The notes beneath the pieces are model-generated. The model made no database searches. It was given only the letters and a program-made list of their open reading frames with translations, and was not told where the DNA came from. DNA of 64,000 nucleotides from positions 64,001 through 128,000 of the forward strand of contig CAVPLT010000005.1 of NCBI GenBank assembly GCA_963706325.1. Direction: 5' to 3'. Shown here piece after piece: positions 46,869 to 56,475 of the stretch (positions are counted from its first letter, which is position 1; every line of letters begins with the position of its first letter). Made by a program: the position numbers and the translations under genes. The stretch is from an uncultured Nitrospiraceae bacterium (lineage in GTDB: Bacteria > Nitrospirota > Nitrospiria > Nitrospirales > Nitrospiraceae).

Positions 46869-48005
46869 GTGAGCAGCCGATCTCTCCGCCCTTGGTTTGT
46901 GCTCCGCGCCATTCCCGGTGTCGGAGATGCCATTCTTCTTAAGCTCGTACAGTCCTTGGGGACGCCGGATTCCGTCCTCGCAGCGACCCCAGCAGCATTG
47001 GAAGAGATCGGATGCCGCCCGCCTTTGATTGAAGCCCTTCGGCGCGGACCTGATGCGTTGGCGGTCCGACAACTTAATCAGGAATTGACCCAATTGGAGC
47101 GCCACAAGGTGACGGTGCTGACCTATTTGGATACGCAGTATCCGGCGCTGCTTAGAACCATCCCTGATCCTCCTCCCCTGTTGTATCTCAAGGGCACCTT
47201 GTTGGCTAGCGATCGTCATGCCATAGCCATTGTTGGTACGCGGAAGGTCAGTGTCGCAGGACGTGTCTTTGCCGAGGAGCTGGCTCGGGATCTGGCGGCC
47301 ATGGGATTCACGATTGTGAGCGGTCTGGCGCGGGGGGTGGACGCCGCTGCGCATCGTGGTGCTCTCGCGGGGCAGGGGCGAACGCTGGCGGTGATGGGAT
47401 GCGGGCTGGATCGCACATATCCGGCGGACCATCGGCACTTGCGCGAGGCGATCGAGCGCAGCGGAGCCGTCTTGTCTGAGCTTCCGCTAGGAGCAGCGCC
47501 GCACAGTTATCACTTCCCTCGTCGCAACCGAATTATCAGCGGACTCGCGTTGGGTGTCGTTGTGACCGAAGCCGCGATTGAGAGCGGATCACTCATCACG
47601 GCTCGATTGGCAGCTGAGCAGGGACGAGAAGTCTTCGCGGTGCCTGGTTTCGTAAACATTGAAAACAGCCGCGGGCCCAATAGCTTGATCAAGGACGGCG
47701 CGAGATTAGTAGAATCGGCGCGCGATGTGCTCGATGAATTGCGGCCGCAGTTGGATGCGGCATTTTGCAGCAGGCTTAACGCGCGAGTAAATGCCGAGCA
47801 GCCGGCTGACCTTCAGTTGGGAGCAGAAGAGACGTTGGTCTATGACGCCCTTCATGCGGTGCCGCAATCGATCGATGAAGTGATTCGAGTGACTGGACTT
47901 GCGGCATCTCAGGTGACCTCGATTTTGCTTGCATTGGAATTAAAAAATTGTATTCGGCAGTTACCGGGCAATGAGTATGTGCGGCTCTCCGGTGGAACTC
48001 GTTAG
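46869..48005 (+). CDS. dprA: DNA-processing protein DprA
   Basis: AIVGTR, SGLARGVD, FPRRNRIISG, SGSLITA; C-terminal wHTH. Confidence 0.95.
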   Translation: MSSRSLRPWFVLRAIPGVGDAILLKLVQSLGTPDSVLAATPAALEEIGCRPPLIEALRRGPDALAVRQLNQELTQLERHKVTVLTYLDTQYPALLRTIPDPPPLLYLKGTLLASDRHAIAIVGTRKVSVAGRVFAEELARDLAAMGFTIVSGLARGVDAAAHRGALAGQGRTLAVMGCGLDRTYPADHRHLREAIERSGAVLSELPLGAAPHSYHFPRRNRIISGLALGVVVTEAAIESGSLITARLAAEQGREVFAVPGFVNIENSRGPNSLIKDGARLVESARDVLDELRPQLDAAFCSRLNARVNAEQPADLQLGAEETLVYDALHAVPQSIDEVIRVTGLAASQVTSILLALELKNCIRQLPGNEYVRLSGGTR

Positions 48006-48087
48006 AAGATTGAGGCTGACAGGCGCTCGATATTTGTTATAGTGGGTATGATACTGTGCTGGTAGATGCTGAGGAATAAGCAATCTC

Positions 48088-50424
48088 ATGGCTAAATCGC
48101 TGATCATTGTGGAGTCCCCGACCAAAGCGCGCACGATCACCAAGTATCTTGGTCGAGGATACTCTGTCATGGCCTCTGTCGGGCATGTCAAAGATTTGCC
48201 GACCAGTAAGTTGGGCGTGGATCTCGACAACGATTTTGAGCCGCAGTACGTGACGATCAAGGGAAAATCAAAAGTCCTCACTGATATCAAAAAGAAGGCG
48301 CAAGAAGTTGATACGGTCTTCTTGGCGCCGGACCCTGATCGCGAAGGAGAAGCGATTGCATGGCATATCGCGCAGGAGTTGGAAGGGAAAGGAAAAAAGA
48401 AGGGCCGCAAAATATATCGGGTTCTCTTTAATGAGATTACGGAATCGGCCATCAAGCGGGCGCTGAAATCACCCGGTGAAATCGACTTGAAGCTCGTGCA
48501 GGCTCAGCAGGCGCGGCGGGTCCTCGATCGTATCGTCGGCTATCAAGGCAGTCAGCTGCTATGGAAAAAGGTACGGCGAGGTCTCAGCATGGGCCGTGTC
48601 CAATCCGTGGCAGTGCGGCTGATTTGCGATCGTGAAAAAGAGCGGGAAGCATTTAGGGCGGAAGAATACTGGTCCATTGTGGCGCTCTTGGCCGGAGACA
48701 ATCCGCCGGCCTTTGAAGCCAAGCTGCATTCCATCAACGGACAGGATGCGGACATCAGCACTGGTGAGCACGCGCAGCAAATTCTCAACGCCGTACAGGC
48801 CAAGGCATTCGTCGTCCATTCAATTGAGCGCAGGGAGAAGAAACGAAATCCCGTCGCGCCATTCATCACGAGCCGGCTTCAGCAGGAAGCTGCGAGGAAA
48901 CTTCATTTCACGCCGAAAAAGACAATGACGCTCGCCCAGCAATTGTACGAAGGGATCGAGATCGGATCGGAAGGGGCGACAGGCCTGATCACCTATATGA
49001 GGACGGACTCTCCGCGAATATCACAAGAAGCGATGGAAGATGCCAGGGTGGTGATTCGGGAGCGATTCGGAGTGGAGTATCTGCCCGCTACCCCCAATGT
49101 CTACAAAACGCAAAAAGCTGCACAAGAGGCGCATGAAGCCATTCGGCCGACCTCCGCTGGGCGTGATCCCGAGACGATCCGCCAGTATCTCGAACAGGAT
49201 CAGTATCAGCTGTACAAATTGATCTGGAATCGATTCATCGCTTCGCAAATGGTACCGGCGATTCTGGATGTGACGCGTGTAGACTCGAGTCCGGTGGGAA
49301 CGCCGGATCGATATGTTTTTCGTACGACGGGCACAGTGGTCAAGTTCGCCGGGCACACGGCGGTATATTTGGAGGGAACGGACAAAGAACTGTCCTCGCA
49401 AAAGCCCAAGAGCGAGCAGGAGGCTGATGACGAATCGGACCGTCAACTTCCTGCGCTCAGAGAAGGCGAAGCGTTGCGTCTGGTGGCTCAGGAAGGCCAG
49501 ACTATGCCCGGTTTCCTCTCCAAACAACATTTTACGCAACCACCGCCACGGTATAATGAGGCGCTGCTAATTCGGGAGTTAGAAGATAAAGGTATTGGTC
49601 GACCTTCTACATATGCCTCGATTATTTCCACGATTCAAGATCGCAAATACGTCGAAAAGGTCGAAGGACGCTTCCTGCCAACGGAGACTGGTCGGACGGT
49701 CAACGAGTTTTTGCTGAAGGGATTTCCGGATCTCCTCGATACCGAATTTACCTCCCATATGGAGGAACAGCTTGATGAAGTCGAAGAGGGCACGAAGCCT
49801 TGGGTTTCTGCTGTCCGGGAATTTTATACCCCTTTTGTGAAAGACCTTGAGCTAGCTCAGAGCATTCCAGGGCCCAAGGATATCGTCGAGCCGCCCACAA
49901 ACCTTCCCTGTGAAAAATGCGGCCGCATGTTGGAGATCAAGTGGGGACGGAATGGGAAGTTCCTGGCTTGCCCGGGATATAAGGATGATCCTCCCTGCAA
50001 GAACACGCAGAATTTTGAAAAGTTGCCGGATGGGACGATCAAGATTGTTCCCAAATTGGAAGAGACGACCGACGAAAAATGCGAGAAGTGTTCGAGTCCA
50101 ATGGTGGTGAAATCAGGTCGCTTCGGCAAGTTCTTGGCCTGTTCCGCTTATCCTGAATGTAAGACGACCAAACCAATCGCCTTGGGCGTCAAGTGCCCTC
50201 AACCTGACTGCGGCGGAGATTTGGTTCAGAAGCGCACCAAAAAAGGGCGGAACTTCTACTCCTGTAGCCGCTATCCGCAATGTGAATTTGCCCTATGGGA
50301 TCGACCCATCAACAAGCCCTGTCCCAGCTGCCAGGCTCCGTTCCTCATTGAGAAAGTCAGTAAGCAGACCGGACGTTCTGTTCAATGCCGGAACGAAGAG
50401 TGTGGTTATCGCGACGCCGGTTGA
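48088..50424 (+). CDS. topA: DNA topoisomerase I
   Basis: IVESP.K, DPDREGE, GRVQS, ITYMRTDS, C-terminal C4 zinc ribbons. Confidence 0.97.
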   Translation: MAKSLIIVESPTKARTITKYLGRGYSVMASVGHVKDLPTSKLGVDLDNDFEPQYVTIKGKSKVLTDIKKKAQEVDTVFLAPDPDREGEAIAWHIAQELEGKGKKKGRKIYRVLFNEITESAIKRALKSPGEIDLKLVQAQQARRVLDRIVGYQGSQLLWKKVRRGLSMGRVQSVAVRLICDREKEREAFRAEEYWSIVALLAGDNPPAFEAKLHSINGQDADISTGEHAQQILNAVQAKAFVVHSIERREKKRNPVAPFITSRLQQEAARKLHFTPKKTMTLAQQLYEGIEIGSEGATGLITYMRTDSPRISQEAMEDARVVIRERFGVEYLPATPNVYKTQKAAQEAHEAIRPTSAGRDPETIRQYLEQDQYQLYKLIWNRFIASQMVPAILDVTRVDSSPVGTPDRYVFRTTGTVVKFAGHTAVYLEGTDKELSSQKPKSEQEADDESDRQLPALREGEALRLVAQEGQTMPGFLSKQHFTQPPPRYNEALLIRELEDKGIGRPSTYASIISTIQDRKYVEKVEGRFLPTETGRTVNEFLLKGFPDLLDTEFTSHMEEQLDEVEEGTKPWVSAVREFYTPFVKDLELAQSIPGPKDIVEPPTNLPCEKCGRMLEIKWGRNGKFLACPGYKDDPPCKNTQNFEKLPDGTIKIVPKLEETTDEKCEKCSSPMVVKSGRFGKFLACSAYPECKTTKPIALGVKCPQPDCGGDLVQKRTKKGRNFYSCSRYPQCEFALWDRPINKPCPSCQAPFLIEKVSKQTGRSVQCRNEECGYRDAG

Positions 50425-50548
50425 TCCGTGTGAATCGTACGTTCCTTCCTTTGTGTCGCCCCCATAGCCTCGGCCAGGTATACGTGTCGCGTTAAAGCCT
50501 TCATCCGTGTGCCCTTCAGCTGGTCATGTGCCTGACCAGATTCGACAA

Positions 50549-50585
50549 TGAGATCTGTTTTCATCGGAATTGAGAATGGTAGTCA
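50549..50585. promoter_or_regulatory. Tandem Fur-box-like sites upstream of bfr pair
   Basis: TGAGATC-T-GTTTTCA and TGAGAAT-G-GTAGTCA 7-1-7 matches, upstream of TTGACA at 50605. Confidence 0.55.
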
Positions 50586-50715
50586 TATATACGTAACTTA
50601 AGACTTGACAGAGACCCCGGATTGTTCATACATAGAATATAAGGTGTAACTAGCAGGCGAGCGGCCGAGGCGGTTGCTCGCGAGGCGATAACGGTTCTGT
50701 CGGAAGGAGGCAGCG

Positions 50716-51192
50716 ATGAAATCCAAGCAGGGGGTGATCGAAGTTCTGAATAAGATTCTCACGGCGGATCTCACGGCCATCAATCAATATTTTGTGCATG
50801 CCAAAATGTGTTCGAATTGGGGCTATGATCGGTTGCATCACCATGTCCGGCAGCGGTCCTTTGATGAAATGAAGGATGCTGAAGAGTTGATTGAGCATAT
50901 TCTGTATTTGGAAGGTGTGCCCAATTTGCAGCGTATGAATACGGTGCAGGTCGGGGAAACCGTGCCTGAACAGTTCAAGGCAGATCTGAAAGCCGAGCAG
51001 GAAATGTTGAATCTCTTGAGCGATGGCGTGGTGCATTGTACGAAGGTCGGCGACTTCACCACCCGGCATATGTTTGAAGATATGGTTAAAGATGTCGATG
51101 AGCACATTGATTGGATTGAAACGCAAATGGAGACGATTAAGCAGGTGGGCCTTGAAATGTATCTCTCCGAGCAGATCAAGAAAGAAAGCTGA
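50716..51192 (+). CDS. bfr: Bacterioferritin subunit (heme Met52 kept, ferroxidase centre degenerate)
   Basis: LTAINQY..H, DEM, ILYLEG.P, EHIDW. Confidence 0.92.
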   Translation: MKSKQGVIEVLNKILTADLTAINQYFVHAKMCSNWGYDRLHHHVRQRSFDEMKDAEELIEHILYLEGVPNLQRMNTVQVGETVPEQFKADLKAEQEMLNLLSDGVVHCTKVGDFTTRHMFEDMVKDVDEHIDWIETQMETIKQVGLEMYLSEQIKKES

Positions 51193-51200
51193 TCAGAATT

Positions 51201-51680
51201 ATGAAAGCAAAAGAAGGAGTTCTCGAATTTTTGAATCAAATATTGAAGTCGGAATTGACGGCCGTTCATCAGTACTTGCTTCATGGGGCTATGTGCAAAA
51301 ACTGGGGCTATGCGCGGCTTCACGAGCATTTTAGCCATCTGGCCGATGAGGAAGTCGGTCATTCCTCAGGTCTGATCGATCATCTTCTGTATCTGGAGGG
51401 CTCCCCTGAGGTGGGGCACGTCGACCAGGTTGGGGTCGGACGGACGGTCGCGGACCTCCTCAAGGCGGATCTTGAGTTTGAACGTGACGATGTGGAGTTG
51501 CTTCGTCAAGGTATCTCCCATTGTTCCAAGGTGAAGGATTTTACAACACGGCATTTGCTCGAACACATGATCATCGATACCGAAGAGCACATTGATTGGT
51601 TCGAGACGCAGTTGCGGACCATTGATCAAGTGGCATTAGAGATGTATCTGGCAGAGCACATTAAATCCAGTAAGTCCTGA
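51201..51680 (+). CDS. bfr: Bacterioferritin subunit (ferroxidase ligands mostly kept, no heme Met)
   Basis: ELTAVHQY, EEVGH, LLYLEG.P, EEHIDW. Confidence 0.9.
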   Translation: MKAKEGVLEFLNQILKSELTAVHQYLLHGAMCKNWGYARLHEHFSHLADEEVGHSSGLIDHLLYLEGSPEVGHVDQVGVGRTVADLLKADLEFERDDVELLRQGISHCSKVKDFTTRHLLEHMIIDTEEHIDWFETQLRTIDQVALEMYLAEHIKSSKS

Positions 51681-51690
51681 CTGCTTCATC

Positions 51691-51737
51691 GAGAAGGCCG
51701 GTCGCCTCCCTCCTATTAGTGGGAGGCCGGCCTCTTC
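51691..51737 (+). terminator. GC-rich hairpin after bfr pair (possible terminator)
   Basis: AGGCCGG..CCTCCC / GGGAGG-CCGGCCT stem; weak U tail. Confidence 0.5.
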
Positions 51738-52323
51738 GTAGACTGAACCGACTGATATCACTCTTGCCCCCAATTGCGCTTGTTTCGATTGAAAACGCGC
51801 AGCTGCTTCCTGCCACCTCCCTAAGTTATTACTCATTGCGTCGAAACGTTCGGTGTAGGGGCCTGGTAGTCGCACATGTTGCCGTATTCACTGCAAGCAG
51901 CAGGTCCCTTCCAGATCCCAGTGCTTGCTTAGCACTAGGGAGAGGTCGCTATCAATCTGGGTTAAGTAGTGGTGATTGCCGTCGAAGGTTGCAATGGGAA
52001 CGGCCCGTGGGTTCTGTGATCCCCAGAAGTACACAGAAGGTCGTAAGCAGATTCGGGTCGAACTGTGTGCTGGAGGATGCGCGGAAGGTGGGTCGAGCAA
52101 CGCAAATGATTTTCGAAAGGCCGGATATGACCTCGAACACATCCGTGATGGAGAGAATTGTGATCGATAAAGGAATGGAATGGCCAGTGATGTCGCCAGG
52201 GATAACCGATTCAGTCCCAGCTATCCTTCATCAATAGAGAGCCCACGATTGTGCTATACGATCTTGGCTGGGTTCACAAACTTTGGCCGCACTCACGTTG
52301 GAACGTCACGCTCAGTTAACTCA

Positions 52324-52839
52324 TCAGTGCTCTACCCGTTTACCAGACATTAATGGTTGCTTCAGCACCCACATCTCATAGAGAGGAATGACCAGCATGA
52401 TCAAAAATCCGGACGTCATGAGCGTATCTCCCGTGAGCATGGTAAGGACAAAAATAGGAGAGACGTAACTAATAAGCCATGGGGACAGCAAGTCGAGCGT
52501 GACTCCGCCGAATGAAATCCAGGTCGTCAACACCTTGAGCCGGTTGCTCGTATTGGTGAGATAGAGGACATGCACCAGAATCATAAACACTACGGGCATT
52601 GTAAACAAATGGAAGTGCGTGATCTCGGCAAGCTCACGGAATGACATCGGTTCGCCGAATGTCGCGTTGGACCCTCGATAATGATCGGCAATTCCTTGTG
52701 GCGACAATCCGGTCATGCTGTGAGCCCAGAAGAAGGAAAAGGCAAAGCCGGCCAACATCAAAGCGAGGAAAAACGTGTAGACGAGCCGAATATGGCGGTC
52801 CGAATCACGGAGACGAAAACGTGAGTTGAAGTTGCGCAT
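52324..52839 (-). CDS. Uncharacterised ~4-TM membrane protein with HxH-x12-H helix
   Basis: Hydrophobic segments; THFHLFTMPVVFMILVH; last gene of the operon. Confidence 0.75.
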   Translation of the reverse strand: MRNFNSRFRLRDSDRHIRLVYTFFLALMLAGFAFSFFWAHSMTGLSPQGIADHYRGSNATFGEPMSFRELAEITHFHLFTMPVVFMILVHVLYLTNTSNRLKVLTTWISFGGVTLDLLSPWLISYVSPIFVLTMLTGDTLMTSGFLIMLVIPLYEMWVLKQPLMSGKRVEH

Positions 52840-52851
52840 CGCTGGTAGGGC

Positions 52852-53541
52852 TCAGTCTCCGAAGATCGATTTGAAAAAGCCCTTTTCTGATTTCTGGGCG
52901 GTCATCGAGTCGCTTCCGAGTCCTTGAGGCTTCAAGTACAATTCATCGACGAGCACCAGAACTCGTTTTATTCCGGCAGTCATTGAACGAACCGACATCG
53001 TCGCTCCGCTAATATTGATGATGTCTTTATTGATACGCACTGGGTCCAGTACCGATTTACCCTCATATTGCACGTTGAAGCGCTTGGTCCGCACCTCGCT
53101 CCCACGCGCCTCCCGGAAAACCAGTAACTCCACGTTTGAGACAAGCCCCTGCGCGTCCACTCCGACCATATAAGTCATGGGTTTATGTTTACCGATTGTA
53201 TTCTGCACGAACGCATAGCCATCGATGTGCCCAGCGGTTTCGCCAATATACACATCAAAAGAGTCCTCAGGAAACTTCCAGCCGATGCGGCTCTCGACCA
53301 CAGATTTTTTGTCCATGGGAACTCGTAACAGTTCCTTTTTGATATGCCCTGATTTAGGGAACATCAGTCTCACCGCATCTTCTTCCGTCAGATAGACCTC
53401 AGCCATCGTCATCTCTCGGTCCGTCAAATACCGTTTGAGTTCCGCATCCCACACCCGTTCGGCCCAGACACAGTTAGGGGAAAGAGGAAACAGCAGTGCC
53501 AGCAAGAAGATGAGCAGCTGAAAGATCATGTTGGTACGCAT
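52852..53541 (-). CDS. Periplasmic FMN-binding domain protein (flavinylation substrate)
   Basis: Signal peptide; DIINISGATMS matches the [S/T]GA[S/T] flavinylation motif. Confidence 0.85.
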   Translation of the reverse strand: MRTNMIFQLLIFLLALLFPLSPNCVWAERVWDAELKRYLTDREMTMAEVYLTEEDAVRLMFPKSGHIKKELLRVPMDKKSVVESRIGWKFPEDSFDVYIGETAGHIDGYAFVQNTIGKHKPMTYMVGVDAQGLVSNVELLVFREARGSEVRTKRFNVQYEGKSVLDPVRINKDIINISGATMSVRSMTAGIKRVLVLVDELYLKPQGLGSDSMTAQKSEKGFFKSIFGD

Positions 53542-53999
53542 CCTTGCTCTCTTAACTTTGCGTTGATCCGATCGACGATATCATTCGTTGCATCTTGCGA
53601 AGGCTCCGTCGGCCACCATTTGGTCGCTTGCGAAGTTGCCCCGCCGCGCGCATGCCATCGCTGTCTGGTTTCCAGGACACTTACAGAAACCGCATCCCTC
53701 GTTTGTTTCACGGAAACATTCATACGCGCCCGCTCTCTATTGCCGAAGCCCTCACGTGAAAAAATTCCAAATGAGCGCTCTGTAAGGGGTGCGACGTCCG
53801 TCCAGGCGGTTTCAATCAATCCCGTTCCCTTGTTGGAGGAAGCGACAGATTGTCCTTGCATGACATCAAGCGTGGCATCCCACACGGCATCATAGGCGCA
53901 CGCATAATTTTGCTCCCGGTCTCCGCTCAAGGTGGCACAGCCTGCACAGATCGAGAAAGTGATTATCATTGCGATACGCGAGATCAACACAGCAAACAC
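53526..53999 (-). CDS. Putative outer-membrane lipoprotein
   Basis: AAGGAG RBS, lipobox CAGC, VWDATLDV...GLIETAW pattern reminiscent of BamC-like domains. Confidence 0.7.
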   Translation of the reverse strand: MFAVLISRIAMIITFSICAGCATLSGDREQNYACAYDAVWDATLDVMQGQSVASSNKGTGLIETAWTDVAPLTERSFGIFSREGFGNRERARMNVSVKQTRDAVSVSVLETRQRWHARGGATSQATKWWPTEPSQDATNDIVDRINAKLREQGCVPT

Positions 54000-54055
54000 G
54001 ACTCCTTCTTATTCAGGCGATTCCTCTCTGTTGAGAGGAATCGCCCGTCCTCGGG

Positions 54056-55528
54056 TTAGAAATACGTTGCGGCTGAAACTACAACAGCACTGTCGTGAAT
54101 CCGCTCTCCTGTGTTGGGGTTGAACGACTTCGGCAGATACTGATAGCTGATCTTAAAGACGGCATCTTCAACGGGACGATAGTTCAAGCCAAACGAAATT
54201 TGTTCAAGTTGGCCTTGGCTCTCGCCACGATTATCCATATTTAAGTTGACGCGGTCATATCGGACAACGGCGGTAAACGTGGAACCTTCCCCGAACCGCT
54301 TCGGAGAAAATTTTGTCAAGAAACTCGGCATGAAGTGGTAATTGCCTTGAATATAGAATCCCTGCATCCGTTGCGGAGGCGCCGCGAAAGAATTTAATGT
54401 GTTAAGGCCGGTGAGCAATGTGCCAGGGGTGGCAAACGTTGCACCCTGGACTGCACGGGAGTTTCCTCTTGAGTAAGCCCATGCTGCTTCGCCGAGGAGT
54501 TCAAATGGCCCTTTCTGGAGCGTCCAGTCAACGGCGGTGATACTCAGTGGGTTATAACTTGTTGAAGATTGATTGCCGTAGTAGCTCGACCCGGCAATTT
54601 CTACGCCGAGCATCGGACTGAAAGCCACTCGACCCGAGACCGCTTTCCCATTATTAATGTCCAAGCCGTCGTCGGAGGCACATTTGCGCTGTCTGGAATT
54701 CCGCGTTCCGTTTTCCTCACTGACTCGTGGAGAGCCATCTTGGTTGTATCCGCAAGGGCCGGTGGTCACATAGAACTCATAATCCAGCTTGCCGGTGCGA
54801 CTTGGATAGAGCGTGCCATAGAACCCCACCCCGGTCTCGGCCATGGTTGATGGGATGATCAGCTGACTGACGAGGGGCCGATCGGTCAAATCGTTCAGAG
54901 GCGAATCGTGCAGCAAGTTAAACTTGCCGATGGGGACGAGGAGAATTCCTGCCCGGATGTTGAAGGGCTCATGTACCAGATAGTCAATATGGGCAAACTC
55001 CAAGCTGATTTCATTGTCGCTAGTTTCTCTAATGCCGTGTTCGATCTCGATTTCAGATGCGAACTTTACGTGTTCAGTAATGTCGGCATAGATGAAGGGG
55101 ACGAATCGTTGCTGGTCGAATCCATTCGTCGTTCCGTTGCCAAAACCTCCGGTCTCTAGGACGGCTTTGTCGTGGGCTCGATATTGAATATCCATGTAGC
55201 CGCCCACGATAGCTTTGGGGGCTGATACGAACGGCTTGGCGTAGACCAGGCGTCCAGATCCGGTGGATCCGAAGGAGAGGGCCGGCTGACTCTCCGTTCG
55301 TCGCTCTCGTCCGACCTCCGGCAGTGATCCTACGCCGGGCTCAGAGTAAGGAGCCACGTTGTCACGCTTTTCGCCTACTCCCTCACGATGCTCGCGCTCT
55401 TGCAACCGCTGCTCTACGGCCTCATCGACTAGTTTTTTGATTTCCTCCGGGGTCATGTTTTCCGCCAATGCCGGCATAGCCGGTAATGCAGCCAGAATGA
55501 GAGCCCCGAGGATTGCCCGCATCTTCAT
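54056..55528 (-). CDS. Putative outer-membrane porin (beta-barrel)
   Basis: GGAGG RBS, signal peptide MKMRAIL...ALA, amphipathic strands, EIEIEH, C-terminal YF. Confidence 0.8.
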   Translation of the reverse strand: MKMRAILGALILAALPAMPALAENMTPEEIKKLVDEAVEQRLQEREHREGVGEKRDNVAPYSEPGVGSLPEVGRERRTESQPALSFGSTGSGRLVYAKPFVSAPKAIVGGYMDIQYRAHDKAVLETGGFGNGTTNGFDQQRFVPFIYADITEHVKFASEIEIEHGIRETSDNEISLEFAHIDYLVHEPFNIRAGILLVPIGKFNLLHDSPLNDLTDRPLVSQLIIPSTMAETGVGFYGTLYPSRTGKLDYEFYVTTGPCGYNQDGSPRVSEENGTRNSRQRKCASDDGLDINNGKAVSGRVAFSPMLGVEIAGSSYYGNQSSTSYNPLSITAVDWTLQKGPFELLGEAAWAYSRGNSRAVQGATFATPGTLLTGLNTLNSFAAPPQRMQGFYIQGNYHFMPSFLTKFSPKRFGEGSTFTAVVRYDRVNLNMDNRGESQGQLEQISFGLNYRPVEDAVFKISYQYLPKSFNPNTGERIHDSAVVVSAATYF

Positions 55529-55662
55529 GGGTATCCTCCATCCGCGAGTAAGGTTGTAGGTTGACTCGGGACTCAAAGGTCTCTGGTCTGTAGTGAAAAC
55601 ACTTGGGTACGATCGAAGCTCTGGACGTTTGCCGGCGACGATTCCTCCTTTCAATGGTCGAA

Positions 55663-55839
55663 TCATGCTGTGACGGCGCTCCAGCCTTCGATTGAGGTGA
55701 ATGGGATCACGACGATGCGTTTGCAGCGCTTACACTTCAGTTCGAGCCCCTGCTCCCGAACTTTGGCGATGAGCTGACCGCATTCACAACGAGTTTCAGT
55801 GTGCTGACAGGATGGAGTGGATATATTGTTGGCAATCAT
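55663..55839 (-). CDS. Small Com-like C4 zinc-finger protein (58 aa, not in ORF track)
   Basis: MIANNISTPSCQHTETRCECGQLIAKVREQGLELKCKRCKRIVVIPFTSIEGWSAVTA; RCxC..LIAK...LKCxRC. Confidence 0.7.
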   Translation of the reverse strand: MIANNISTPSCQHTETRCECGQLIAKVREQGLELKCKRCKRIVVIPFTSIEGWSAVTA

Positions 55840-55866
55840 GTGCGAAATATTTATGTATGATGAAAT

Positions 55867-55908
55867 TGAGAACGATTATTGGTATCTCAATAGGGAAAAG
55901 AATGTCAA
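55867..55908 (-). promoter_or_regulatory. Promoter of porin/FMN operon with overlapping Fur-box-like site
   Basis: Minus-strand TTGACA at 55908-55903; TGAGAACGATTATTGGTATCTCA overlaps the -10/+1 region. Confidence 0.65.
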
Positions 55909-56475
55909 GCATAGATTCTCTGCCGCTTAAGTGAAGTGCGTTTGCCGGACTGTTTACTTATAATTGCCACAGGAGACAGAAGTTTCTGACGTATTGCAAG
56001 AGCGGGGGTTCCAGCCATTTGCTTCGCGTTCCTTTCAACCGGCGTTGTAATGATTCCTCGCTCTAAGCCCACAGCTGCTGTAATTACCTGAATTAGTAAA
56101 GACCTGTTGGCCCAGCCCTGCGTTATGTGGAAATGAGTACGGCAGATGGCCGATACAGCGGGAGATTCGAATCCGGCGACGGAGCGTTGTAAGCTTTCTT
56201 CCTGCTGGAGCGCAATGATCTCACGCGTGTAATCAGTGGACGCTCTACGTGTCGATGGTTCAACATCCGTATTCACTTTCTTTGGGCAATGAGCCGGTGC
56301 TTTTCAGTGACTTGGCGATTCGCGATCGATTCGCCGAGTTGAGGAGGCAGTTTGCTCCTATCAATTGAGGCCGAAGACGACAACAGGAGCAGGGCAGGCA
56401 GGGTCGTAGTGTCATGCCCTCACGGGCAAACTTTCGCAACTGTTAATCCTTCTCCAACAAAAACGGAGACCGCTT

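Noticed and set aside
51719..52237. 172-aa plus ORF
   Set aside because: Starts inside a hairpin, no RBS, no motif
55529..55666. 46-aa N-terminal extension of the porin
   Set aside because: RBS and signal peptide point to the start at 55528; the upstream ATG is kept only as a regulatory possibility
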